Positions 50,604 through 61,557 of a stretch of DNA of 64,000 nt are shown here, piece by piece. The DNA comes from Centroscyllium fabricii (taxonomy: Eukaryota), in the NCBI GenBank assembly GCA_051313645.2, contig JBNRSN020000011.1, forward strand, positions 96,224,001 through 96,288,000, read 5' to 3'. Position 1 is the first letter of the stretch. The number at the start of each line of letters is the position of its first letter. Made by a program: the position numbers and the translations under genes. The notes under the pieces were generated by a model. That model did no database searches and was not told the origin of the DNA. It saw nothing but the letters and a program-made list of their open reading frames with translations.

Positions 50604-51085
50604 CAGGTTGAGCACCGGTAATCTGTTACCCGAAACGCCGGCAACTTCAGTGGTCCGGTATAAATCGCCCCGACTGCACTGCGCATGCGCAAAATGGCAG
50701 CCGCGATCGAGGCTCCGGTGAATGATCTGCGCATGCGCCGCCGAACGCATGCGCAGATCATTCAAAACGGCCGGCGGACGAGCCGGGCCTTCCATGGCAT
50801 CAGGGCGCGGCGGCTCGCGCTGCGTTTTGAATGCGCGAGTCCCGAGCGCCCGCCATGGTGAAGCACACGGTTCCCCGGAGCAGCCTGCAGGCCGTCATTA
50901 GGAGGCACAAACCGCAGCGGAGACTCAGCAAGGACGTTCGGCGGCCATTTCCAATGTTTTGCGCATGCGTGCAGCCATATTGAATGGTGCGCGCATGTGC
51001 ACTGACCGACTTCATTCTACTGTTTTTTTCTCTTTCCCGGCACGGGCCTGGTCCCGCCTGTGCCGGATTACCGGTGCTCAATCTG
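50604..51085. mobile_element. Tigger-like NRF1-motif MITE, copy 7, carrying a CENPW-like fragment
   Basis: TA|CAGGTTGAGCACCGGTAATC…GATTACCGGTGCTCAATCTG|TA. Confidence 0.92.
50855..50938 (+). pseudogene. CENPW: Captured CENP-W-like N-terminal coding fragment
   Basis: GCCCGCCATGG Kozak context; MVKHTVPRSSLQAVIRRHKPQRRLSKDV vs recalled chicken MRRTVPRGTLRKIIKKHKPHLRL and human PRGFLKRVFKRKKPQLRL. Confidence 0.7.
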
Positions 51086-52010
51086 TAGCATCAAACATTT
51101 AGCAAAGACATTGCTACTAGGATTACTTCTTGTGACAAGTTTCCTGTGTTATTTCATGTGTTATTGCAGAGCTGGTTGCAGCATAGTTTCTCTGCAGTAC
51201 AAACGGAGGTGTAATTACATGACAAGTTTATGTAGGCAGTTTCCATTTGTGGCCATAGAAATTTGTAATAGAAAGTTGGCAGAGGCACCTACAGTTCACA
51301 TTTCATTGGCCAGCCACACAGATCATGGGAGAGACAAAGAGGAACAGTGCACTTAGGTCATAAATCATGTGCCAGAGGTCAAGGGCAGTTTCAGCTGGAA
51401 TAGTCCTATTTTCACAGCTATCCAAAATTTTCCATAAAAACATGCTTCTTGGGTAGAACAATCACATGCTTCTTGGGGAGAACAATCATGGAGAAAAAAA
51501 AATACACTACACGTCATTCTCTGACAAATCATTTGCCCAAATAATCTGATCAAACGGGTTTCCACCACCTCTCAAAATCTAGTATTCATACCTGAAACCC
51601 AAATTATGCAATAAGTGCAACATAGCCAGCTTCATTTAATCAAGCTTATTCAACTCAATGGAGTTGATTAGAAATGAATCTCCAGGTCTTTTTAAATCAG
51701 CGCTCACCCAGCTTAAATAAGCCTATCTTGTTGAAACTGAATAAAATTTGCTTACTTCAAACAGTAACGCACTGGTGAGAATCAGATCCCAGATAAATAA
51801 ATAATGTACCCCTCGAACTCATCCAACATGTGCAAAATATTGACAACAGAATGCTGGACAGAGGAGATGAAAGGGAATTGGGGGAGGAGATAGTGGCAGG
51901 GCTTGCCATAATTTTCCAATCTTCCCTAGATGTGGGGGATGTACCGGAGGATTGGAAAGTGACAAATGTGACACCATTATTCAAAAAAAGGTGCAAGGAC
52001 AATCCTAGTA

Positions 52011-53259
52011 CAGGTTGAGCACCGTTAATCCGGTAACCGAATAGCCGGCAGCTTCAGTCTGCCGGCACAAATTGCCCCGACTGCACTGCGCATGCGCAAA
52101 ATGGCAGCCGACATCGTGGCTTCAACGAATGATCTGCGCATGCGCCGAGCGCATGCGCAGATCATTCAAAACAGCTGTGGGTGTTTTGAATGATCTGCGC
52201 ATGCGTCGCCGGAAGGTTAGCGCATGCGCAGATAATTCAATACGGCCGCCGGTTATTTTATCGATAACTGTAATTGAAGCCATGATGTGGAGGTGCTGGT
52301 GTTGGACTGGGATGGACAATTGTAAGAAGCCACACAGCACCAGGCTGTAGTCCAAAAGTCCCACTCGAAACGGGGGAGCGGCGCTCCGAAAGCCCGTGAC
52401 CCCAACTAAAGCCGTTGGACCACAGCCTGGCGCCGTGTGACCTCTTACAGAGCAAAACGGGATTGGATAAATTGCCCCCGCGCCACCCTCCTTTCCCCCC
52501 CCCCCCCCGACCCGACCCGCGCCTTCCTCCCCCCCCCCCGCACCCGCGCCTTCCTCCCCCCGCCCCCCCCCCGGACCCGCGCCTTCCCCCCCCCCCCGGA
52601 CCCGCGCCTTCCTCCTCCACCCCCCCCGGACCCGCGCCTTCCTCCTCCGCCCCCCCCGGACCCGCGCCTTCCTCCTCCCCCCCCCGCCCCCCGCGGACCC
52701 GCGCCTTCCTCCTCCCCCTCCCCCCCCCCCGGACCCGCGCCTTCCTCCTCCGCCCCCCCCCCCCCCGGACCCGCGCCTTCCTCCTCCCCCCCCCCCCCCC
52801 CGGACCCGCGCCTTCCCCCTCCTCCCCCCCCCCCCCCCGGACCCGCGCCTTCCTCCTCCCCCCCCCCCCCCGGACCCGCGCCTTCCTCCTCCCCCCCCCC
52901 CCCGGACACGCGCCTTCCTCCTCCCCCCCCCCCCCCGGACCCGCGCCTTCCTCCCCCGGACCCGCGCCGCGCCGCGCCACCCTCCTGCCTCCCCCCGCAA
53001 GACCGGCCTTTCACTGCTGCCCGACAGCCCTAAAACCTAAACGGAACGCCACAAAAGCCTGAGCCCATCAAAAAACTTCGCGGCGGCCAATATTGGACGA
53101 TCTGCGCATGCGCGCGCCAGCCAATACCAATGTTGCGCGCATGCGCGCTGCCATTGTGACTGGTGCGCATGCGCAGTGTCCAAACTCGTTCTCCCGGTTT
53201 TTTCCATTTCCCGGCACGGGCCTGGTCCCGCCCGTGCCGGATTAACGGTGCTCAACCTG
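52011..53259. mobile_element. Tigger-like NRF1-motif MITE, copy 8, with Penelope piece and C-rich minisatellite (about 52475-52980)
   Basis: Perfect TIRs; TA duplication inside CR1 coding sequence. Confidence 0.93.
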
Positions 53260-53694
53260 TAACTACAGGCCAGTCAGTTTAACATCAGTGGTGGGTAAAG
53301 TTTTAGAAACAATAATCAAAGAAAAAATGGGTGTTTGGAGAGGATTAAGCCAATTAAGGAGAGCCAACACGGGTTTGTAAAAGGCAGATCATGCTTTACT
53401 AATCTAATGGCTAATGGAATTTTTTGATGAAGTAACAGAGATGATCGATGAAGGGAATGCAATGGATGTTGCCTACATGGATTTACAGAAGGCGTTTGAC
53501 AAAGTACCACATAGAAGGATGGTTAACAAAATTGAAGCTCATGGAAAAAGTGAGTCAGTGGCAGCTTGGATAAGGGATTGGTTTAAGGATAGAAAACAGC
53601 GAGTTGTGGTAAATGGCTGTTTTTCAGACTGGAGGATGGTAGACAGTGGAGTTCCCCAAGGGTCAGTGCTGGGGCCACTGCTTTTTTTGATATA

Positions 53695-54002
53695 TAGGTT
53701 GAGCACCGTTAATCGGTTACCAGAAAAATCGGCAACTTCGAACGTCCGGCAATAATTTCCCCGACTGCCCTGCGCATGCGCAAAATGGCCGCTGCGATTC
53801 ATGCTTCGGCGAATGATCTGCGCATGCGCCGCCGAACGGCGAGTGCATGCGCAGATCATTCACAATAGTCTCTCCGAGCCGATCGCGGTGGCCATTTTGA
53901 ATGGTCTACGCGTGTGCTCGCCGAGCTTCAATCGTTCGGGATTTTCACTTTCCCGGCACGGGCCTGCTCCCGCCCATGCCGGATTTAACGGTGCTCAACC
54001 TG
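53695..54002. mobile_element. Tigger-like NRF1-motif MITE, copy 9 (minimal, essentially no cargo)
   Basis: TAGGTTGAGCACCGTTAA…TTAACGGTGCTCAACCTG, TA flanks, within CR1. Confidence 0.9.
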
Positions 54003-56007
54003 TATAAATAAATGACCTGGATATTGCAATATTGAATAGAATTTCTAAATTTGCCGATGATACCAGACTTGGAGGTGTGGCAAACAGTGATGACGATACC
54101 AATCGACTGCAAAAGAACATAGAAAGGATAGAAGAATGGGCAGACAAGTGGCAGATGGAATTTAATGCAGAAGTGCGAGGTGATGCATTTTGGCAGAAGG
54201 AACAGGGAGAGGCAATATACACTTAATGGCACAGTTTTAAAGAGTGTGCAGGGACAGAGGGACCTGGGAGTTAATGTGCATAGGCCCCTGAAAGTGGCAG
54301 GACATATTGAGAGAGTGGTTAACAAAGCAGATGGGATCTTGGGCTTCACAAATAGAGGTATTGAATACAAAAGTAGAGAAGCTATGCTGAACCTTTATAA
54401 ATCATTGGTTAGGCCACAACTGGAGTATTGCGTCCAGTTCTGGTCACCACACTTTAGGAAGGATGAAGACCCTTGAGAGGGTGCAGAGGAGATTTACCAG
54501 AATGGTTCTGGGGATGGGGGATCTTAGCTACAAGGACAGGTTGGAGAAGTTGGATTTGTTTTCATTAGAGCAAAGGTTGAGGAGTGATTTGATAGCGGTG
54601 TACAAGATTATGACGGGTTTGGATAGGCTAGACAGGGAAAGGCTGTTCCCACTAGTTGATAGTACAAGGACTAGGAGCCACAGATTTAAGGTTTTGGTAG
54701 AGATACGGGGGGATGTGAGGAAAAACTTTTACGCAGTGAGTGACGATGATCTGGAATTTGCTGCCGGTGGAAGTGGAGACACCCAATGTTTTCAAGGGGA
54801 GACTGGATGAGGGAAATAAATGTGCAGGGCTACGGGGATAGAACGGGGGAATGGGACTGACTGGATTGTTCTACAGAGGGATGGCACGGACTCAATGGGC
54901 CGAATGGCATCCTTCTGTGCCATTATGACTGACTATGTAGGCCAAATGTGAATCAGTATTATGCTTACCGACCAGAGTCCATTATTACAGCAACTTGCAT
55001 ACAATATATTATAATAGACCACTAAAAGAATATAATGTTAGCTTCTTTTTCACCCTATTATTTCACATAAAATGCTTGCTACTTAATAACATGCGCCTCA
55101 CACCCACAGCTTATTCCAGGAACTCAACAATCTGGTCAGAATCGGTTTTCTGTAAGCCACCAACAGTTGGAAAAAGTTTCAAAGAACAGCTCCACTTTCG
55201 CTGCAATCACAGCAATGCGTAATGAGTAATTGCCATCCTCTACACTACTACAATTTATGCAAGAAAAAAATCTGGACTAACAGGTCATTGGAATATATAT
55301 ATATCTTGTATAAATAAAATACTTGAACATCACCTGCACTTGTGACGGAGACCAGCTTGTCACTGAATAATGTAGTTACCTTCATTTGTGAAGCACTGTA
55401 TTCAACCACTATCTAAGCACTCTTCTCTATAAATAGCATATCAAAAAACTGCAGTAATAAATCATTCATGTTTCATAAAGGGATTCAGTTTGAAATATTC
55501 CAAAAGACCAGGCAAAAATGCAAGATATGAAATGGTGTGTAGGCTTCACAACTAAACACGTTGCATTTAGCACATGTGCATCATACGAAGTGTCCTTCAA
55601 ACAAAAGTTATAATTGGAACCCCCCCCAGGAACCAAAAATCTTACTGCCTTGTCTCAACATATTGGAAACAATCCACTGCCACATGCAACCCCCTCAATC
55701 TGTACTGGTTTTTTTTCTTTGCTTCTTTCCATCTTCATTCATTTCTATTTGCTACTGCTCACATATTTATCTACTGCCAGTCCATTCCCACTACTTTATT
55801 TATTTCCTGTTGGCCTGTTAGATTATTAATCGTTTCCAGCACACCCCACAAGCAACACGCCAAAGGCAACATCACAATCTATACAATTCCGTGGTCAATG
55901 CAAAGTAATATCTACCATATTTTATAACACGTGTTCCATAACATAACACTTAAAATCAACAAAACAGTATGCCCTCCATCTTAATCTGAACAATACAAGA
56001 CATAAAA

Positions 56008-56440
56008 GCAAGACTTGCAATTATATAGCACCTTTTACAACCTCATGACTTCCCAAAACGCTTTACAACCAATGAAGCACTTTTTTTTTTTTTTTTTTTT
56101 TAAAGTGTAGTTACTGTTGTAATGTAGGAAACGCAGCACCCAATTTGCAAGCTCCCACAAACAGCAATGTGATAATAACCAGATAATCTGTTTTAGGTGT
56201 TGGTTGAGGGATAAATATTGTCCAGGACAGCAGGGAGAATTTCCCTGCTCTTCTTCAAAATATTGCCATGGAATCTTTCACGTTCACCTGAGGCGCCTCG
56301 GTTTAACGTCTCGTCCAAAAGGCGGCACCTCCGACAATGCAGCACTTCCTCAGTACGGCACTGAAATGTCAACCTAGATTTTTGTGCTCAAGTCTCTGGA
56401 GGTGGGACTTGAACCCACAACCTTCTGACTCAGAGGCACA
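56008..56440 (-). mobile_element. tRNA-derived SINE with L2-type tail (DeuSINE/SacSINE1-like)
   Basis: GGGACTTGAACCC B box, conserved core, CTTGCAATTATATAGC tail. Confidence 0.75.
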
Positions 56441-57089
56441 GCTAAGTTCAAGTAGAGCAAGTTGTTTAGCCGTAAGATTTCTCAAATTAAGTGACTATAC
56501 TCACATCAATGTTATAACCATGGCGAAGATGAAGGTATATTGAGTAAAGAGGAATTAAATTGCTAAGCACACATGATATGTATGCTTGTGTAATTCAAGC
56601 AGTAGCACAAACAAACTCTTTGGTCGATGCTTGTGTATTGTTAGTTCACTCATGTATAGAGTTTTAAAATGATGGGTCAGAGGAGTGCAATTCTCTGCAG
56701 TGAGTTGTCGATTTAGCTAGGCAGTTGGAGAGGTTGTTAATTTCCATAGGGAGAAGAAAAATCAGAAACGCAAAATAATCAGCACTGCTCTCATAGCCAG
56801 CCAGCTCAAATGCAGCATTTGAAAAGACCTTCGGGCAGATTACCTGCCACCCTTTACTCTGCAGTGAGCTAAATTAGGAGGCGTAAAAAAACTACTGTAG
56901 AGCAAATTACAGACATAAACTTTCTATGTTTGCTCAACTAGCATTTCCAAATCTTTTTCCTACACATTAACAAAATATTCACTTGAGCCTCAACAGCTAA
57001 AATTAGTTGTCTTTGAACAATGGCCTTCTCAAAATATTTAGCTTTCCAATGCAATGTGGCATTAACCACAAATTATGAGTCTATTTGCA

Positions 57090-57545
57090 ATATCATCAAC
57101 AAGATTAACATATACGATGAACAGCAAAGGGACCCAGAATTGATCCCTGGGGAAGGCTTTACAATTAGACAGCTTCGACCAGTAATCAATACCTTCTGTT
57201 TTATATTATCTAGCAAATTCACTATCCAGTTTACAACTTCTTCCTTGATCCCATAAACCACAAATCTACTGCAGATTACCAAACTGTCAGAAAAATTCAC
57301 CATATGACAGAATAGCCCGATAATCGTCAACCCTTCAGAATTCCAATGTTTCATAATTTCAAGAATTGTGAAATGAAAAGGAAAAACTATTCATGTTGAC
57401 TGGAACGTATTACCTTGATCATGGACGAGTGTTGTTGCTATCTTTCCAATATCCCCACTGAAGACATGATGCTAATAAGCCTATAAATACCAGGATCATT
57501 CTTCCCACCTTTTTTAATACAATGAACTCATTAGGTACCTCAGAG
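57090..57545 (-). mobile_element. Highly decayed CR1 RT fragment
   Basis: YGIKEEVVNWIVNLLDNIKQKVLI remnant. Confidence 0.55.
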
Positions 57546-58574
57546 TTAATGTGTAATCCCCGACTCAAAAGGATTCAGAAACAGACAGGAATCTGCACTG
57601 TTATTGTGCCTCATCACTTTACATACATCCCAAAATGTTGGACAGTACAGTACAGTGCCGTAACTGGTGCGAGTAGGTGAAATGACTGCTCAAATATTAC
57701 TAATGGTAATGAGTTTGAGGAGTCCAATATAACTCGTGGCATACAATAAAACTGAATTTATGGTTTTATATACAGTATAAAGTATTTTAAGCCACCAATG
57801 TAAATGTCACACCATAATTTGTAAACCTGTCTGTTGAGCAAAATCTCTGAGCCTTGTCCCTAGGTTTATAGATCATAACACCTGCAAGGTATGACAAATG
57901 GAAGAGTGTCATATACAGGGTACCATTATTACCAGCAATTATGCAGCTAATCTAAAAAGATATTTTGATAAAAGTTACATTCAAATAAATATACTGCTGA
58001 ATATTCTTCCCAACAGAACCCCTCAGCACCTTCATTTCAACATAGGCTTCAAATTCAGTCCAGTCTAGGAATTGATCCATTGCTGTACATCTCTGAAAAG
58101 CACTCTATTGGCTGAATATGCTGTAGTATCAATCAGGCAGTGTCTTTTTCCAGAGTCAGGTAGCTCCAGATCACTGAGTCCAATCCAGGGGACTAGGTGA
58201 TGCAGTGAGTTGCACACTGGACTCAACTCTGGGATTTGTGTTTGGATTCAACCACAACTAATAGGACAAAAGTTCCTCTGTGTGATGCGCCATTACTACT
58301 TTACAACTTCCACAACACATGCTCTAGGCCTTTGCGCATCAGGATATATACGTGGATGTATTTGTGCTCAAGACAGTTGCTAGTGCTACGGAATGCAGCA
58401 TTTTCCATTTTTTACACCCAGTATTAGCAGTAAGGTCAGATACAACACAGGTTAGATGCTGCATGCAAGGTAAAGCTCCTTCTACACCACCCAATAATTC
58501 ATCTCAACCCCAATCTTCATTAACCACCCCATACTGCCCAGTGACATTTCCATTTACCACTTGAAATACTAGTA

Positions 58575-59186
58575 CAGGTTGAAGTTCGTTAATCCGGCAC
58601 CCGAAAAACCGGCAGCTTCAGTCGTTCGGCACAGATTTTCCCGACTGCCCGGCACATGTGTAGACAATTCAAAATGGCCACCGTCGGGGCTGGGCTTCTC
58701 TTTCACCTAACTTATACTCACTGGATCCCGGCTTAGTGACCACCCCGATGCCGATGGTGAATCCCAGGCCCAGAAGATGAGCTGTTCTGCCAGCCGCATT
58801 TCACAGGACGCGATACAGGCAATTCTCGGTGCCCATTGCTGCCGGAGGCTCCTGCCTGGCTGCGTGCGGATGTCACCGTGTTCCGAAGCTGGCGTGCAGT
58901 GGCGTCACGTGAGCCGGGCTTGAGCCGCCCATTGGGCCTCAGGCCCGCTGGAGCTGTGCAGCCCGCTCCCTGATCTGCAGCAGAATCGAGTGCGAGTTCC
59001 ACCCGACCCTTGGGCCGAAAATCAACTCCCAGGTACCAGCGAGCGCATGCGCAGAGCATTGAAAATTTTGTGGCAGCCAATTTGAATGCTCGGCGCATGC
59101 GCCGCCGTGGCTTCAATAATTCGGCGTTTTCAATAATCCGGCAGGGTTCTGGTCCCGACCCTGCCGGATTAACGAACTTCAACCTG
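58575..59186. mobile_element. Tigger-like MITE, copy 10, carrying a CYB561D2-like promoter and first coding exon
   Basis: Perfect 25-bp TIR CAGGTTGAAGTTCGTTAATCCGGCA with TA flanks. Confidence 0.93.
58722..58836 (-). pseudogene. CYB561D2: Captured CYB561D2-like first coding exon with intact donor and one TGA
   Basis: MGTENCLYRVL*NAAGRTAHLLGLGFTIGIGVVTKPGS|gtgagt vs recalled human [37 protein letters not shown]. Confidence 0.8.
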
Positions 59187-59382
59187 TATTGTTTCTCATT
59201 TCTCTCAATCAACCTACTACCTGGATGTAAAACTGAGCAATATCGCACTCTGAATGTCCCACATACAAAGCTTTGGTTTCCTTAAAAGTTTCACTCATCT
59301 AATAAGAGTTCAATTCACATGAAGCTTACTTAAATTCCTATTCTCCACAGTCCAATCTTACGTTACAATAGAATATACTTAC

Positions 59383-59531
59383 ATGTTCTGAACTTTTCTT
59401 TCAGTGCATCCAGATCTTCTTTGAGGGCAACCTGCATCCAGACCAAACCAACACAAGCCACTACACAAGCAGCTAGCATAACAAATGCACACAGAGGATA
59501 ACAAATCCTGCAGCATCTTATGTAGCCTCTC
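59383..59531 (-). CDS. EFCAB14: EFCAB14 exon 2 (transmembrane segment)
   Basis: GYIRCCRICYPLCAFVMLAACVVACVGLVWMQVALKEDLDALKEKFRT, almost identical to recalled human EFCAB14; 149 nt, CAG/GTAAGT. Confidence 0.97.
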
Positions 59532-60269
59532 CTGCAACAGGAAGAACAAAAGGCAAGACTGAAATACCATTTGACACCACTAAATAAAATAACTGACATT
59601 TTCACCCATTTAGCTTACATAATCTCTTAGTAAAGTTGTGCAATGGCCAAGAGTTGAAAAAGGTGTCACTATTTCATAGAGCAAATAGCTGTAATTATGA
59701 TTAACATTTTTCTGTTCTGTCCATTTCTGCTAACTTGTGAACATTTTTGTTGAACCAGCGATTACGGAAGGCAGCATTAGGAGGGCTTCAAGGGATTGTA
59801 AAATGTATGAGTATGCAGAGTGCATTTAGTTTTATTTCACTATCAGCCATGTATGTTATTGCTACTCCGTTAAATTTTAAGCTCACTCAGTAAATCTAAT
59901 GAAGTCACAAGCGCTAATTATCCAAGCTTCATAGTCAGGCTATTTTTTTCATATTTATAAATCTAAATATCATATTTAGAATGATGTAATCAGGTTTTTT
60001 ATTATTCAACTTCAGTTACTTAATTTATATTTAATGGGTAGAAGTGCCATCTAAAGTCCAAGCCAAAATTAGGCAAATTCAGGGAAAAAAGCAAATATAA
60101 AATTTTAAGTCTAAAAATTACTTTAAGAGTCTACTTAAAACATCATTAGCAAAATGGTTACTGCATTTGATAAAATAACTTTGGGTGGAGGGCAAAAAAC
60201 AGTTTGGCAGAAACATGCTCACAAACATGGAGAAAACGAATTCAGACTGTTTCTCTCCCCACCCAAGTA

Positions 60270-60736
60270 CAGGTTGAGCACCGTTATACTGGCACGGGCA
60301 GGACTAGGCCCACGCTGGTAGAGCGAAAAAACCGGTAGAATGAAGCCGGCCAGTGCGCACGTGCACCATTCAAAATGGCCACGCGCATGCGCACAACATT
60401 GGGAATGGCCGCCGAACATCCTTGTTGAGTCTCAGCTGCGGTTTGTGCCTCTTGATGACGGCCTGCAGGCTCGCTTCGCCATGGCGGGCGCTCGGGACCC
60501 GCACAAATTGCGACGCGTGCCGCCGTGCCCTGACGTCACGGAAGGCCCGGCTCAGCAAGCGGCCGTTTTGAATGATCTGCGCATGCGCTTACTGTTCGGC
60601 AGCGCATGCACAGATCATTCGCCGAAGCATCGATCACGGCGGCCATTTTGCGCATGCGCAGGGCAGTCGGGGCGATTTATACTGGACGACTGAAGTTGCC
60701 GGCGTTTCGGGTAACGGATTAACGGTGCTCAACCTG
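60270..60736. mobile_element. Tigger-like NRF1-motif MITE, copy 11, second CENPW-like cargo (60415-60482, minus strand)
   Basis: TIRs with TA flanks; cargo MAK…SLQAVIKRHKPQLRLNKDV with a 16-bp deletion relative to copy 7. Confidence 0.9.
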
Positions 60737-60892
60737 TATAGGATATCTACTGACAACCATCAGCTATAAGAAACAAGGGTTAAAAATGGCAAATACTCAT
60801 TTTAGAATCAACTTTAAAACTATATACCCAACATTTTTTTTAAATGTTACTTCAGGAGATACTGAGCTATTATACTTCCAGTTAAGTTGGTA

Positions 60893-61415
60893 CAGGTTGA
60901 GCACCGTTAATCCGCGTCCCGAATAGCCGGCAGCTTCAGTCTGCCGGCACAAATTGCCCCGACTGCACTGCGCATGCGCAAAATGGCAGCCCCCATCGTG
61001 GCTTCAGCGAATGATCTGCGCATGCGCCGAGCGCATGCGCAGATCATTCAAAACAGCTGCAGGTGTTTTGAATGATCTGCGCATGCGTCACCGGACAGTT
61101 AGCGCATGCGCAGATAATTCAATACGGCCGCCGGTAATTTTCCCGACAGCTGAGCCCCGTGACTGAGGCGGACAGTCACTAGGCAACAGCTGTCAGCCTG
61201 AGTCCGGCTCGGCGGCAGCAGCAACCCGAAAGGCGATGGAGGGGGAACGCGGACCCGTGCCCGATCTGCGCGTGCGCGCGCCAGCCAATCGCAATGCTGC
61301 GCGCGGCCATTTTGACTGGCGCGCATGCGCAGTGTCCAACCTCGTTCTCCCGGTTTTTTCCATTTCCCGGCACGGGCCTGGTCCCGCCCGTGGCGGATTA
61401 ACGCTGCTCAACCTG
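60893..61415. mobile_element. Tigger-like NRF1-motif MITE, copy 12 (as copies 5/6 but without the hairpin)
   Basis: TIRs with TA flanks; single AAAGGCGAT at the empty site. Confidence 0.93.
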
Positions 61416-61557
61416 TACTACATAGATAGGTGCTTATTTTATGAAAGTAAACAGATGTGACAAGTAAAACTTTGCATTGCTTGTTTGGGTGTTTTGAGTG
61501 ACCGGGGCAGTTGAATCTGTGAATTGACATGTACTACATGAACACAAATCATACAAT

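Larger units (their letters stand above)
51846..54930 (+). mobile_element. Older CR1 split by two MITE insertions
   Basis: KDNPS|NYRPVSL and LLFLI|…NDL resume across the insertions. Confidence 0.9.

Noticed and set aside
52122-53062. Gly/Pro-rich ORFs
   Set aside because: C-rich minisatellite artefact.
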